Positions 36,107 to 46,577 of a stretch of DNA of 64,000 nucleotides are shown here, piece after piece. The translations under genes were made by a program, and so were the position numbers. The notes beneath the pieces were generated by a model. The model saw only the letters and a list, made by a program, of their open reading frames with translations, made no database searches and was not told the DNA's origin. The DNA comes from Pseudomonadota bacterium (GTDB lineage: Bacteria > Bdellovibrionota > Bdellovibrionia > Bdellovibrionales > JACTMU01), in NCBI GenBank assembly GCA_014584465.1, contig JACTMU010000012.1, positions 95,333-159,332 on the forward strand, in the 5' to 3' direction. Within the stretch, counting starts at the first letter, position 1. Each line of letters opens with the position of its first letter.

Positions 36107-38221
36107 ATGTATAAGAGCGATTTCATAAGTTTCATAAGAAAGTGGACATTTGGAGTTCTTCAATCGATTTTGTTCATCGGTCTTGTTGGCACGGCGGTTA
36201 CAGTACCGGCCGCAGAGGGCAAAAAGGAAGATGATGAGGGGCTTCAGTGTGAACATCTCCACCTTATTGCTCAAGGATATCTTGCTCAGCATGTGACCTA
36301 CAGTCAGTTCGACTCCAATCTGGAGCGACGGACCATTGATCAGTTCATTAAACGTCTGGACTCTTCCAAGATTTACCTTTTGAAGCCCGACATCGATCTG
36401 ATCACTCAGTGGCTTACCAAATATTTTCGATCCAACAAGAGGTCGGATTGTCAAGCGTTGGTTGAGATTCAAAAGCTCTATTTGAAGAGGGTGACGGACC
36501 GGGCGGAATTTGCAAAGAAAGTCTTAGATAAGAATTTCAAATTTGATAAGAACGTTTCGCTGGTTTTGAACTCAAAAAAGCGAGACTATTTTGCTTCACA
36601 AAGTGAATTGGAAAACTATCAGAGAAAATACATTCACTTTCAGGTCTCAAGCTATCTCAACACAGACATGGAGCTCAAAGAGGCCAAAGAGCACGTCATT
36701 CGTGCCTATGAGAGGACTGTAAGGCGCATCAGTGAGTGGAAGCAGGAAGATCTCTACTCATCCTATCTTGACTCCTTTGCAAGGTCATTGGATCCACACT
36801 CGACCTTCTTTTCCTATGATGCTCTAGAAGATTTTCAGATCTCCATGAGCCTGAGTCTTGAAGGGATCGGGGCAACTTTGAGCCAACAAGATGGTTTTAC
36901 GGTTGTGGAGCAATTGGTACCTGGAGGTGCGGCCGATCGCCAAGGAAGTCTTGAAACCAAGGATAAGATCATTGCAGTTGGGCAAGGGGAGCATGGTAAG
37001 TTTGAAAATGTGATCGAGATGGATCTTCGTGACGTCGTCAGAAAGATACGGGGGCGTAAGGGTACGAAGGTTCGGTTACGAGTATTAAGAAAAAAGGAAA
37101 AGGCTCAGGAAAAGCTCGACATCGTATTGGTTCGTGACGAGATTAAGCTTGAAGACGAGGCTGCTGCCATCTCCTACATTGATCGCAAGATTGGCGAGAG
37201 GTCCTTCAAAATTGGAATCCTCAATCTGCCATCGTTTTACTCGGATTCTAAGAGTGGAGGTCGAACAAGTGCTTCTGACATGAAGAAGCTTTTAGCTGAA
37301 GCTAAGAAGAACAAAGTGGACGGGATCGTGCTTGACCTGTCGAAAAATGGCGGGGGAAGTCTTGATGACGCTGTTGCAATCTCAGGACTCTTTTTCAAAA
37401 CGGGAGCTGTGGTAAAGCAGTCTGGTAAGAATCCCAAAAAGAGTGAAAAGGTGCTCGCCGACACAGATGAGTCCGTCGATTACAACGGACCTCTCGTGGT
37501 TCTTACAAGTCGTGTCACTGCGAGTGCCTCAGAGATCGTATCGGGAACCTTGCAAGATTACAGGCGTGCGGTCATTGTGGGCGCTGATCACACTTTTGGC
37601 AAGGGGAGCATTCAGTCGGTGATCCCACTACCTCAAAAATTGGGCGCATTCAAAGTGACGATAGGTTACTTTTTTGTGCCTGGTGGAAATTCAACACAGC
37701 ATCGTGGAGTCTCTTCTGATGTGATCTTTCCTTCGGCACTGGATTCCGATGAGATTGGGGAGAAGAGCTTAGACTACTCATTGCCGCCAAAGAAGCTAAA
37801 GCCCTTTTTGTCCGAAGAGGCTTACGTAAGCAATGGCGACGGAATGTGGAGAAAGATTGATGAGCATCAAGTTGCCATTCTTAAAGAAAAGTCAAGACTT
37901 CGTGTCTCTCAGAATGAAGAGTTTAAGAAAATTCAAGAAAGTCTCGTAAAGGCAGAAAAGAAGAAGGACGAGATTGTAAAGGTTGGCGAGTTGCTCAAAG
38001 AGCGAGAAGAGGAAGAGAAAAAAGAGAAGGAAGAGGGGAAGGTCAAGAGCAAAGAGGAGCGACTTGCCCTATATTTGAAACGTCCTGAGATTCAAGAGTC
38101 CATGAATGTGATCAGTGATTTGATTGAGATTCAGTCCAAAGACGACTCTCTCCTTGTTCGAACCCATGGAGAGAAAAAAGGTCTTTCGTCGGATCAAAAT
38201 GATACAGCAAACCATGATTGA
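36107..38221 (+). CDS. prc: tail-specific (C-terminal processing) protease, S41 family
   Basis: 704 aa. PDZ region 'GIGATLSQQDGFTVVEQLVPGGAADRQG' and S41 core 'TASASEIVSGTLQDY...GADHTFGKGSIQ' are present. Confidence 0.9.
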   Translation: MYKSDFISFIRKWTFGVLQSILFIGLVGTAVTVPAAEGKKEDDEGLQCEHLHLIAQGYLAQHVTYSQFDSNLERRTIDQFIKRLDSSKIYLLKPDIDLITQWLTKYFRSNKRSDCQALVEIQKLYLKRVTDRAEFAKKVLDKNFKFDKNVSLVLNSKKRDYFASQSELENYQRKYIHFQVSSYLNTDMELKEAKEHVIRAYERTVRRISEWKQEDLYSSYLDSFARSLDPHSTFFSYDALEDFQISMSLSLEGIGATLSQQDGFTVVEQLVPGGAADRQGSLETKDKIIAVGQGEHGKFENVIEMDLRDVVRKIRGRKGTKVRLRVLRKKEKAQEKLDIVLVRDEIKLEDEAAAISYIDRKIGERSFKIGILNLPSFYSDSKSGGRTSASDMKKLLAEAKKNKVDGIVLDLSKNGGGSLDDAVAISGLFFKTGAVVKQSGKNPKKSEKVLADTDESVDYNGPLVVLTSRVTASASEIVSGTLQDYRRAVIVGADHTFGKGSIQSVIPLPQKLGAFKVTIGYFFVPGGNSTQHRGVSSDVIFPSALDSDEIGEKSLDYSLPPKKLKPFLSEEAYVSNGDGMWRKIDEHQVAILKEKSRLRVSQNEEFKKIQESLVKAEKKKDEIVKVGELLKEREEEEKKEKEEGKVKSKEERLALYLKRPEIQESMNVISDLIEIQSKDDSLLVRTHGEKKGLSSDQNDTANHD

Positions 38222-38249
38222 GTAACCACTATTGAGCTGGAGCAAAAAG

Positions 38250-39062
38250 ATGAGCGGAGCGTATTCGAAGAAGATAAAGCTAAAACCTTTTGATAAGTAT
38301 GACTACTATCAGAAATCAGTTCAGTCCCCTGATGTGGATGTGGAGTTCTTAAGAGATGTATATCAGGAGATCCGTGGCAAGAAGCCCATATCAATGAGAG
38401 AGGATTTTTGTGGGACGCACCTTCTTTGTTGTGAATGGGTGAAGCTCCATAGGTCTTTTGAAGCATACGGTGTGGACCTTGACCCAGAGCCGATCGAATA
38501 TGGAATGATGCACTCCCAATCACAGCTAAGCAATCATCAAAGGTCACGAGTTCACATTGTTCAAAACAATGTTCTCAGTAAAAAACTTCCTCGAGCCGAC
38601 ATCATCGTGGCTCAGAACTTTTCCTATTTTATTTTTAAAACACGTAAGCTTCTACTGAAGTATCTGAAACGAGTGCACAGCACATTAGAGAATCAGGGCA
38701 TTGCCGTTTTGGACTGTTTTGGCGGATCCCAATGCATGGGCGCCATTGAAGAGGAGACAGCTCATAAGGATTTTAGTTATTTTTGGGATCAAGAATTCTT
38801 TGATCCCATCACCAATCATGGCCTCTTCTACATTCACTTTAAGCGAAAAGGGGAGAAGAAACGCGAACGAGTCTTCACCTATGATTGGCGCATGTGGTCC
38901 ATACCAGAGATCCGAGAGATGATGGACGAAGCGGGCTTTTCAAAGACCTATGTCTATTGGGAAGGCACGGACCGCAACGGCGATGGTGATGGCAAGTTCG
39001 TCCAAGTTGAAACAGGTGAAGAGTGTGAATCCTGGGTCGCCTACGTCGTGGGCGAACGGTGA
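38250..39062 (+). CDS. class I SAM-dependent methyltransferase
   Basis: I prefer ATG 38250 over the TTG at 38232. 'DFCGTHLLCCEWVKL...AYGVDLDPEPI' is a motif I-like region, followed by 'DIIVAQNFSYF'. Confidence 0.65.
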   Translation: MSGAYSKKIKLKPFDKYDYYQKSVQSPDVDVEFLRDVYQEIRGKKPISMREDFCGTHLLCCEWVKLHRSFEAYGVDLDPEPIEYGMMHSQSQLSNHQRSRVHIVQNNVLSKKLPRADIIVAQNFSYFIFKTRKLLLKYLKRVHSTLENQGIAVLDCFGGSQCMGAIEEETAHKDFSYFWDQEFFDPITNHGLFYIHFKRKGEKKRERVFTYDWRMWSIPEIREMMDEAGFSKTYVYWEGTDRNGDGDGKFVQVETGEECESWVAYVVGER

Positions 39063-39116
39063 GTCTATCTCACAATTTGTATTGCTCGCGGTTAAATTGT
39101 ATGTAAAAATAACCAC

Positions 39117-40262
39117 ATGTACACCAGATTATTGGGTAAGAGCCTCCAATCCTCCCCTAAGAGCATCTTGCTATTAGGGCCCCGGCAAGTTGGCAAGTCT
39201 ACACTGATCAAACAATTAAAACCTGACATGATCATCAACCTTGCAAGCGAGAAGGAGTACTTTGATTTTCAAAGCCATGTTGGAGAGCTTGAAAATCGCC
39301 TTGAAGGTCGAACCCCCAAAACCGTGTTCATTGACGAGATTCAACGAATTCCAAGGTTATTGAACACAGTTCAGGCTCTTCTAGACGAAGGACGAGAAAT
39401 TAAGTTTTTTCTAACTGGTTCGAGTGCACGTAAGCTTCGAAAGGGTAGGGCTAATTTGCTTCCGGGACGTCTGTTCTCTTACGAAATGGCGCCTCTTTGT
39501 GTTGAAGAGATGGCAACGGACTGGAACGTAAATAATGCTCTCCAGTTTGGAAGTCTGCCGGGAGTTCTTAATCTGAAGAATTCAAGAGAGAAGAAGAAGC
39601 TCCTCCTAAGCTATGCCAACACCTATCTCAAAGAGGAGATCTTGGCGGAATCTTTAGTCAGGGGGATTGATGGATTTGTTCGATTTTTGCGAGAAGCCGC
39701 AGTTATGGCGGGTGATTTTTTGGATTATTCGAAACTTTCAAGAAGAGCGAAAGTTCCACGACAATCTGTCGTCAGGCATTTTGAGGTCCTTGAAGATACG
39801 CTGATTGTGAAGGCGATCGAAAATGATCCCGACTTGGATTCAGCTGAGAATGATCTCATTAAACACCCTCGGTATTTCCTTTTTGATGTTGGTGTGTGCA
39901 ATGCGCTTAAGGGGAGCTTTGACATATCAGGGGATCGAATCGGCTCTTTGTGGGAACATCTCGTCTTCAATCAATTGGTTAATACAGGTTGCGCCAAAGA
40001 CATTCCAATCCGAATTAATAATTTCAGGACTCGAGGTGGCCTCGAAGTTGATTTTATTGTACAGATTGATGGAGTCAAGTTTGCTATAGAGTGCAAGGCG
40101 ACCCAAATGGTCACAGAGGTTGATACGAAGAATCTGGGCAAGATAAAGTCTTACTATCGGAAAATTGAGAAACTATTGATCTACTTCGGTCCACACCCCA
40201 AAAAAATCAATGGCGTTTGGGCGTTGCCTTTGCCAAAGGCACTTAAACATTTAGGGTTATGA
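39117..40262 (+). CDS. AAA+ ATPase with DUF4143-type C-terminal domain
   Basis: 381 aa. Walker A is 'LLGPRQVGKSTL' and Walker B-like is 'VFIDEIQ'. The C-terminal 'LWEHLVFNQL...GGLEVDFIV' is typical of the AAA_14/DUF4143 family. Confidence 0.75.
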   Translation: MYTRLLGKSLQSSPKSILLLGPRQVGKSTLIKQLKPDMIINLASEKEYFDFQSHVGELENRLEGRTPKTVFIDEIQRIPRLLNTVQALLDEGREIKFFLTGSSARKLRKGRANLLPGRLFSYEMAPLCVEEMATDWNVNNALQFGSLPGVLNLKNSREKKKLLLSYANTYLKEEILAESLVRGIDGFVRFLREAAVMAGDFLDYSKLSRRAKVPRQSVVRHFEVLEDTLIVKAIENDPDLDSAENDLIKHPRYFLFDVGVCNALKGSFDISGDRIGSLWEHLVFNQLVNTGCAKDIPIRINNFRTRGGLEVDFIVQIDGVKFAIECKATQMVTEVDTKNLGKIKSYYRKIEKLLIYFGPHPKKINGVWALPLPKALKHLGL

Positions 40263-40362
40263 GCATTTCTAAAAAGCACTCAAACGTTCTGCGGGAATTT
40301 AGGGAGTACTTTGGGTTATAGATCCTAGACTTTTCCAAAAAAATTATAGAATTTTACTTTGA

Positions 40363-40629
40363 TTAATTTGCAGATTTTCTGGTTATGAAACATGCGACGA
40401 CATTGTATCTTACGTTGTCACTGCTATCTACATATCTATCCGTTGTAAACGACATGGAGTCTATTTTCCCATACGATCTGGCGATCGTATTTCCCCTGTC
40501 ACGAATTTCATCGTTGATATCGCTGAACGAGAGCTTATCCCACTTGTCACAATGGACCCCTGATGCTCCGGCCATTGAAATTGAGGTCATCAGTGTTACG
40601 GCTGCGATTGTTGATAAAATTGCTTTCAT
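40363..40629 (-). CDS. small secreted hypothetical protein
   Basis: 88 aa. The signal peptide is 'MKAILSTIAAVTLMTSISMAGA'. A strong SD (AAAGGAGGACAAAATG) is read on the minus strand. I recognise no family. Confidence 0.6.
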   Translation of the reverse strand: MKAILSTIAAVTLMTSISMAGASGVHCDKWDKLSFSDINDEIRDRGNTIARSYGKIDSMSFTTDRYVDSSDNVRYNVVACFITRKSAN

Positions 40630-40803
40630 TTTGTCCTCCTTTCATTTGTTAATGGACAAAAACATGAAAAAGCAATCTTGATGCCAAACCGATGGAGGTT
40701 AGAATCCTTATATTTGAGCTCATTTCAAAATAGAACGAAGTGCTCAACCAGAGCTCCTCTTGTGACAATTGTTGTTGACAGATATCAGATGTCTAGACGT
40801 TCG

Positions 40804-42339
40804 CTATGATAAAATCCTGGGGAAGAGTGGGTCCCCCTTTTCAATGGGGGTCCCTTCCTTAAGAAGGTCGCTTTGGAGAGCGTCCGAATAGGAGACATCC
40901 TTTGACCAGCCAATCCGACGAAGAAGCTCGGTGATCTTCTGAGGCATCACAGGATAGAGCAAGATGGAGGCAATCCGCAGCACCTCAAGGGAGGCGCGCA
41001 GGGACTCGCCAGCAAGGGCCAGATTGGTCTTTGCCTCTTTCCAGGGTGCGAGCTCCTCAAGGTAGCGATTGGCTTCATTGAGTAAGGCAATCACCTTCTC
41101 AATGGCCATGTTGGGTGCCATCTGTTCGATCTCCTTTTTCACATGCAGAGGTGTCGCAATTGCAAGATCTAAAAGAGGCTTTGTCTTTTCGTGGTTCAGG
41201 GTGAGTGGTGGAATCTTGCCTTCAAAATACTTGGCAATGAGTTGGGTGGTGCGACTTAAGAGGTTTCCAAGATTGTTGGCAAGCTCCGCATTGACTCGGG
41301 CAATGACAAGATCGACGGAGAACTGAGCATCATTTCCAAGATAGATATCTCGGCAGAGAAAGTACCGTAGAGCATCCACACCCACAATGTCTTTTACATC
41401 AAGAGGACTTACGCCTGTTCCACGAGATTTGGCCATCTTCTCATTGTCGGGAGTGAGCCACCAACCATGTGCAAATATCTGCTTTGGCAGAGGCGCCCCA
41501 AGGGCCATGAGCATTGTGGGCCAATAGACCGCATGGGTCATCAAAATATCTTTGCCGATCAGATGAATGGCACCGCCTTGAGGTGGGCACCACCACTTCT
41601 TAAACTCTTCGTCTCGTTCGGGCTGCAAAAACCCCACCCCCGTTGCATAGTTAAGGAGAGCGTCAAACCAAACGTAGGTGACATATTCAGAATCAAATGG
41701 GATCTCAACTCCCCAGGTGAGACGACTTTTGGGACGACTGATGCAGAGATCTTCAAGGGGCTGTTTGAGAAATCCCAAGACCTCTCTCTTCTTGGATTCA
41801 GGTTGAATGAACTCGGGATGGGTCTCGATCCATTCAATAAGTCGCTTTTGGTATTTGGACATTTTAAAAAAATAGTTCTTTTCTGTGATGCGTACGACTT
41901 CGTTGTCGTTAGGACTCTTGCCATCCACCAGATCCTTCTCTTGATAGAAGATTTCCTCACTGACGCAGTACCAGCCCTCATACTCATCGTCGTAGATATC
42001 TCCTTTCTCACGCAACAGAGAAAGGGCTCTTTGGACCGCCTTTTTATGAAATGGGTCTGTTGTGCGAAAAAAGATGTCGTAATTGATCTCAAGCTCTTTC
42101 CAGATCTCTTTGAAGCGTGGGACAAGTTCATCGCAATGTTCCTGAGGGGTCTTGCCTCGTTTGTCTGCCGCATTTTGCGCCTTTTGTCCGTGTTCGTCGG
42201 TCCCGGTCAACAATCGCGTTTGGTCACCAAAGAGCCTGTGGTATCGAGTCAGCACATCAGCGACCACGGTGGTGTAGGCGTGGCCAATGTGAGGTGTATC
42301 ATTGACGTAATAGAGCGGAGTCGTAAGGTAAAAGTTCAT
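40804..42339 (-). CDS. metG: methionine--tRNA ligase
   Basis: 511 aa. It has the HIGH motif 'PHIGHAYT' and a KMSKS variant 'KMAKSRG'. Confidence 0.95.
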   Translation of the reverse strand: MNFYLTTPLYYVNDTPHIGHAYTTVVADVLTRYHRLFGDQTRLLTGTDEHGQKAQNAADKRGKTPQEHCDELVPRFKEIWKELEINYDIFFRTTDPFHKKAVQRALSLLREKGDIYDDEYEGWYCVSEEIFYQEKDLVDGKSPNDNEVVRITEKNYFFKMSKYQKRLIEWIETHPEFIQPESKKREVLGFLKQPLEDLCISRPKSRLTWGVEIPFDSEYVTYVWFDALLNYATGVGFLQPERDEEFKKWWCPPQGGAIHLIGKDILMTHAVYWPTMLMALGAPLPKQIFAHGWWLTPDNEKMAKSRGTGVSPLDVKDIVGVDALRYFLCRDIYLGNDAQFSVDLVIARVNAELANNLGNLLSRTTQLIAKYFEGKIPPLTLNHEKTKPLLDLAIATPLHVKKEIEQMAPNMAIEKVIALLNEANRYLEELAPWKEAKTNLALAGESLRASLEVLRIASILLYPVMPQKITELLRRIGWSKDVSYSDALQSDLLKEGTPIEKGDPLFPRILS

Positions 42340-43454
42340 GATTCATCCTCGGAGTTGTCATTTTTTATATTAAAAACCTTGAAGAACTCTTTTCGCATTT
42401 GAGTTAAGTGGGTCAAGGAGGCCAGGGTACGTAAATAATCCTTTACAGGTTCAAGTGGATGTCCTCCGTAGGCCCCTGGTTTGGTTACGGACTGATGAAT
42501 GGCCGATCGACCAGCAATCTGTACATGGTCTGTAACCGTGATGTGTCCGTTGACGGTTGAATGTCCTCCGCAGGCAAAATGGTCCCCTATACGAGTTGAT
42601 CCAGCGGTTACAAAACCGGCGGTGACCAAACCGTGTTTTCCAATTTCAAAATTGTGGGCAAAGTGGCAAATGTTGTCAATTTTGGTGCCATCGCCAATTC
42701 GGGTGGGCTCGATCGTTCCACTGTCCACCGCAGAGTGGGCTCCGATTTCAACATCATCGCCAATGACAACGCCACCAGTTTGAGGAATTCGATAGTGTTT
42801 ACCTTGAGAATCATGAGCAAAACCGTAACCTTCTGTGCCAATGGAGACATGGGACTGGAGAAAGCACCGGTTCCCAATCTTCGTGTTTCGGCCTAAAAAG
42901 CAGAGTGGTTGAATCGTACAATCATCGCCGATCACCACCCCCTCTTCAATCACGGTGCTTGCACCAATGAAGCAATTTTTTCCAATGATTGCATCTTCAT
43001 AGATGGTTGCATGTGGCCCGATCACCACCCCCTCTCCTAAGGTTGCTGAGGCGGCAATGGTGGCCGAAGGGTGGATTGCATATCCCTCAAACTTGCTTGA
43101 GCGAGGATCAATCCAAAAGAATCGTTTAGCAACAAGAGCCATGGTCAATGAGACATTTTTTGAAATGAGAAGGGTCAATGAGTCCGATCGATCTGAAAAT
43201 CTTTCCAGCCATCTCGGATGAAGTAGGAGAGCTCGTATCTTGTGATTTGCACAGGCAGATCGACAGGACTTTTCATTGTCGACAAAGACGAGGGAGTCGC
43301 CGGAAGCTCTATCGGGTGTGCTTCGGTGAGAAACGGTGACCGTGAGATCGCCGCGTGTTTCCTGGATCAAAGAAGAGAATTCTCGAGCGATCTGTCCACA
43401 TTCAACCGGTTGACATTGATCTCGATGATCACCAAGGTCTTCATTTTCCCTCAT
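42336..43454 (-). CDS. lpxD: UDP-3-O-acylglucosamine N-acyltransferase
   Basis: 372 aa. A long run of hexapeptide repeats (left-handed beta-helix) follows an LpxD-type N-domain ('SLVFVDNEK'). The exact start is uncertain. Confidence 0.8.
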   Translation of the reverse strand: MRENEDLGDHRDQCQPVECGQIAREFSSLIQETRGDLTVTVSHRSTPDRASGDSLVFVDNEKSCRSACANHKIRALLLHPRWLERFSDRSDSLTLLISKNVSLTMALVAKRFFWIDPRSSKFEGYAIHPSATIAASATLGEGVVIGPHATIYEDAIIGKNCFIGASTVIEEGVVIGDDCTIQPLCFLGRNTKIGNRCFLQSHVSIGTEGYGFAHDSQGKHYRIPQTGGVVIGDDVEIGAHSAVDSGTIEPTRIGDGTKIDNICHFAHNFEIGKHGLVTAGFVTAGSTRIGDHFACGGHSTVNGHITVTDHVQIAGRSAIHQSVTKPGAYGGHPLEPVKDYLRTLASLTHLTQMRKEFFKVFNIKNDNSEDES

Positions 43455-43731
43455 GAGGGCCCTCCAAAAAGATGCAGCGCATAAACTTACCTTTGATCAT
43501 CTATGATCTTCTGCACTCATTTCGAATGCAGCTCCTACCGTCGAGTGATCCCGACTTCCCCGACCGCTGTGTTGCTGCTCTAAAAGTACATTTTCGTGCT
43601 TAGATTACACTACATTGTCGAGGGTTTCACCTAACTTTTGCTTGTCTTTGGCGGGGCTTTAAGAATAATAAGAGAGAACAGTGGACGAGGCTCTTAGGCA
43701 AAAGTAGAATGCGATTGGAAAAAGATGGTTT

Positions 43732-43950
43732 ATGGCAAAAGATGATTTAGCGCAGATTGACGGCAAGATTGTGGATGTGGGTGCCGGAGGCCTCTACAAA
43801 GTTAAGCTTGATAACGAATTAGAAATTCAAGCTAAGTTGTGTGGAAAGATGCGACGGTTTAATATTCGAGTGGTGGTAGGAGATAAGGTGACCGTTGGGG
43901 TTTCACCCTATGACCCCACCCATGGACTTATTTTGTATCGCCACAAGTAG
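43732..43950 (+). CDS. infA: translation initiation factor IF-1
   Basis: 72 aa. 'MAKDD...GKMRRFNIRVVVGDKVTVGVSPYD...GLILYRHK' is present. Confidence 0.95.
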   Translation: MAKDDLAQIDGKIVDVGAGGLYKVKLDNELEIQAKLCGKMRRFNIRVVVGDKVTVGVSPYDPTHGLILYRHK

Positions 43951-43966
43951 GTGGCTCTCAGGGAGA

Positions 43967-46438
43967 ATGGAAACTACATTTCAAACTTTCTTGACCACGT
44001 TTCTTCCAGGAATTCCTCTTAACTCCGCAGCCGCAGTGATCGAGCTGACCAAGGAGGGGGGCACGGTGCCCTTCATTGCTCGTTATCGCAAAGAGAAGAC
44101 GGGAAATCTTGATGAGGTGCAGATCCGAGAAGTTTTGGATCTGCATGAAACCTTTGAAGAGATTGTAAAACGAAAGCAGTTTCTGATTAAGGAGATTCAT
44201 TCCCAGGGCAACTTGACCGATGAGCTTAAGGCGCGGATTGAGGCCTCCATGAATCTCGAAGAGCTGAATGAGATCTATCGTCCCTTCAAAAGAAAGAAGA
44301 AGACGAAAGCGACCCTTGCTCGTGATGCCGGTTTGGAGCCCCTTTCACAGTGGATTTGGGATCTTGGTCATGGGCTGATTCAAGATTCGACGGCGATGGA
44401 AGTTCGCGCCAAAGAGTACATCAACCCCAAGGCTCAGTTTGTGACCTATGACATGGCCCTCAAGGGGGCTATGGACATCCTTGTGGAAAGGGTGGCAAAC
44501 ACTCCACACCTACGTGAAGAGGTCCGAAAGGAGCTCTTCGAAAATGGAAAGATTCATTCCAAAAAGACTAAGAAATTTAAAGAGCACTCCAAATATGAGA
44601 TGTACGCTGAGCATGAAGAGGGCGTCAGTGGCCTGATGGACAAAAAGGCCAGCCACAGGTACTTGGCTATGCGTCGAGCTTGGCAAGAGGAGGAGGTGAC
44701 TCTCTCCATCCACGGAGACGAAGAGAGGCTTCTGAGAAGTTTTGAACACTTTTCTTGCACTCAACAAAATCAGGCAACCGACTTTTTAAAGCAGTGCGCC
44801 AAACAGGCACTGAATGTTCATGTACTGCCATCCATCTCCACAGAGGTGCACAGCGCTTTGAAAGAGAAGGCCGATGACCATGCCATTACGGTTTTCTCTG
44901 AAAATGTGCGAAGAGTTTTGCTGGGGAGTCCGTTTGGAGCTCGGTGCATTTTGGGGGTCGATCCCGGCTTGCGAACGGGATGTAAGGTTGCCCTTGTAGA
45001 TAAAGCCGGAAGATATGTTTCTCACACCGTCTTTCAAATCAAGGGTGATGATGCTGAGGAAAAGGCAAAGAAGCTCTTTGGAGAGGTCTTTAAGCAGATC
45101 AAGATTGACGCCATTGCCGTGGGTAATGGGACTGCTGGGCGAGAGACAGAGGCCTTTGTTCGTAAGATCGTTAAAGATTTGGGTGAGAGTACACCGGTTG
45201 TAATGGTGAACGAATCCGGTGCAAGTGTCTATTCAGCCTCGGACATAGCAAGGGAGGAGTTTCCCGATTTGGACATAACGGTTCGTGGAGCAATATCCAT
45301 TGCTCGACGTCTTCAAGATCCACTTGCAGAGCTCGTGAAAATCGACCCCAAGAGCATTGGAGTTGGTCAATATCAACACGATGTATCGGCCACACGTCTT
45401 AAGAAGAGTCTTCACGGAGTGGTGGAGTCGTGTGTAAACAATGTGGGGGTTGATCTCAATACGGCTTCAGAGAGTCTTCTAAGCTATGTTTCAGGTATTG
45501 GTGAGGGGTTGGCCAAGAGAATCACAGATCATCGAAAGCAGCATGGGCTCTACAAGGAGCGTGAGGATCTTCTTAAAATACCTCACTTTTCTACAAAGGT
45601 GTTTGAACAATCTGCAGGGTTTCTTCGAATTCTCGGTGGAAGTGTGGTTTTAGATCAGACGGGAGTTCATCCCGAGCGTTATTCAGCTGTTCGTGACATG
45701 GCTCATGAGTTGGGAGTCACGGTGTCTCAGCTTGTGGGCTCAGGTGCTGCATCGTTAAATCAACTTCGTGAGAAGTGGAGCAAGCTCATTGGTCCCTTCA
45801 CTTTTGAGGACATTGTGAAGGAGCTTGAGAGCCCTGGTCGCGATCCGAGAGACCCATTTAAGGCATTTGCATTTAGGGACGACATCTTTGAGGTTAAAGA
45901 TCTTAAGGAGGGCATGATCTGCCCCGGTATAGTGACCAACGTCACAAACTTTGGAGCCTTCGTCGACATCGGTGTTCACCAAGACGGTTTGGTTCATATT
46001 TCAGCATTGGCCCAAAAATTTGTCGATGATCCTCGAAAGGTCGTAAATCCAGGTGATCAAGTGACGGTCAAAGTTCTAGGAGTGGATTTGGACAAAAACC
46101 AGATCTCGCTCTCGATGAATTGGGATAAGCCGGTTGCACAGCGTGAAGCTCGAGAGAGGACTCCTCAAAGTGATCGACCACGTCGTGACGACCGTCCACG
46201 CCGCGAGGACCGACCTCGCAGAGAGGCTGGAGCTGGATCTGGAGCTGATCAAAAGGCTCGAGGTGACCGTCGCCCTCGTGGCGAAGGACAGGTCACCTCG
46301 GATCGACCTCGTAGAGCCAAAGAGAAGCATTCGGCGGCCAAAGGAAAGTCCGATTCTCCTAACAAGCTTCATATACGAAAAGGGAGTCCATTTAACAATC
46401 CCTTTGCGGCGCTGAACAACATCAAGCCTAAACCCTAA
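43967..46438 (+). CDS. tex: Tex-like transcription accessory protein (YqgF/HhH/S1 domains)
   Basis: I start it at ATG 43967 (METTFQTF...). 'TVPFIARYRKE', 'GVDPGLRTGCK' and the S1 domain 'GIVTNVTNFGAFVDIGVHQDGLVHIS' are present. The C-terminal tail is Arg/Asp-rich. Confidence 0.9.
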   Translation: METTFQTFLTTFLPGIPLNSAAAVIELTKEGGTVPFIARYRKEKTGNLDEVQIREVLDLHETFEEIVKRKQFLIKEIHSQGNLTDELKARIEASMNLEELNEIYRPFKRKKKTKATLARDAGLEPLSQWIWDLGHGLIQDSTAMEVRAKEYINPKAQFVTYDMALKGAMDILVERVANTPHLREEVRKELFENGKIHSKKTKKFKEHSKYEMYAEHEEGVSGLMDKKASHRYLAMRRAWQEEEVTLSIHGDEERLLRSFEHFSCTQQNQATDFLKQCAKQALNVHVLPSISTEVHSALKEKADDHAITVFSENVRRVLLGSPFGARCILGVDPGLRTGCKVALVDKAGRYVSHTVFQIKGDDAEEKAKKLFGEVFKQIKIDAIAVGNGTAGRETEAFVRKIVKDLGESTPVVMVNESGASVYSASDIAREEFPDLDITVRGAISIARRLQDPLAELVKIDPKSIGVGQYQHDVSATRLKKSLHGVVESCVNNVGVDLNTASESLLSYVSGIGEGLAKRITDHRKQHGLYKEREDLLKIPHFSTKVFEQSAGFLRILGGSVVLDQTGVHPERYSAVRDMAHELGVTVSQLVGSGAASLNQLREKWSKLIGPFTFEDIVKELESPGRDPRDPFKAFAFRDDIFEVKDLKEGMICPGIVTNVTNFGAFVDIGVHQDGLVHISALAQKFVDDPRKVVNPGDQVTVKVLGVDLDKNQISLSMNWDKPVAQREARERTPQSDRPRRDDRPRREDRPRREAGAGSGADQKARGDRRPRGEGQVTSDRPRRAKEKHSAAKGKSDSPNKLHIRKGSPFNNPFAALNNIKPKP

Positions 46439-46577
46439 ATTCAAAGGAGAGCTTTTCGCCCAGCTCAGCGCATTGATGCGATGTGATTGCTTTGCCACCA
46501 ATGGATCAGCTACGATATTGCGTTTTACAATTTTTGATTAGAGGTCACCCATTTTAGAAAAAACAATTCACAAATTT

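Noticed and set aside
36053-36472. A 139-aa minus-strand ORF overlapping the prc start.
   Set aside because: It is antisense to the signal-peptide region of a well-supported protease gene and has no recognisable features.
41467-42402. A 311-aa ORF on the + strand.
   Set aside because: It lies entirely antisense to metG/lpxD, whose products have unmistakable family motifs. It has no motifs and an odd composition, so it is a shadow ORF.
43455-43731. The 277-bp intergenic region upstream of infA considered as a possible ncRNA or riboswitch.
   Set aside because: I found only a short 5-bp hairpin and no conserved motif that I recognise, so the evidence is insufficient.
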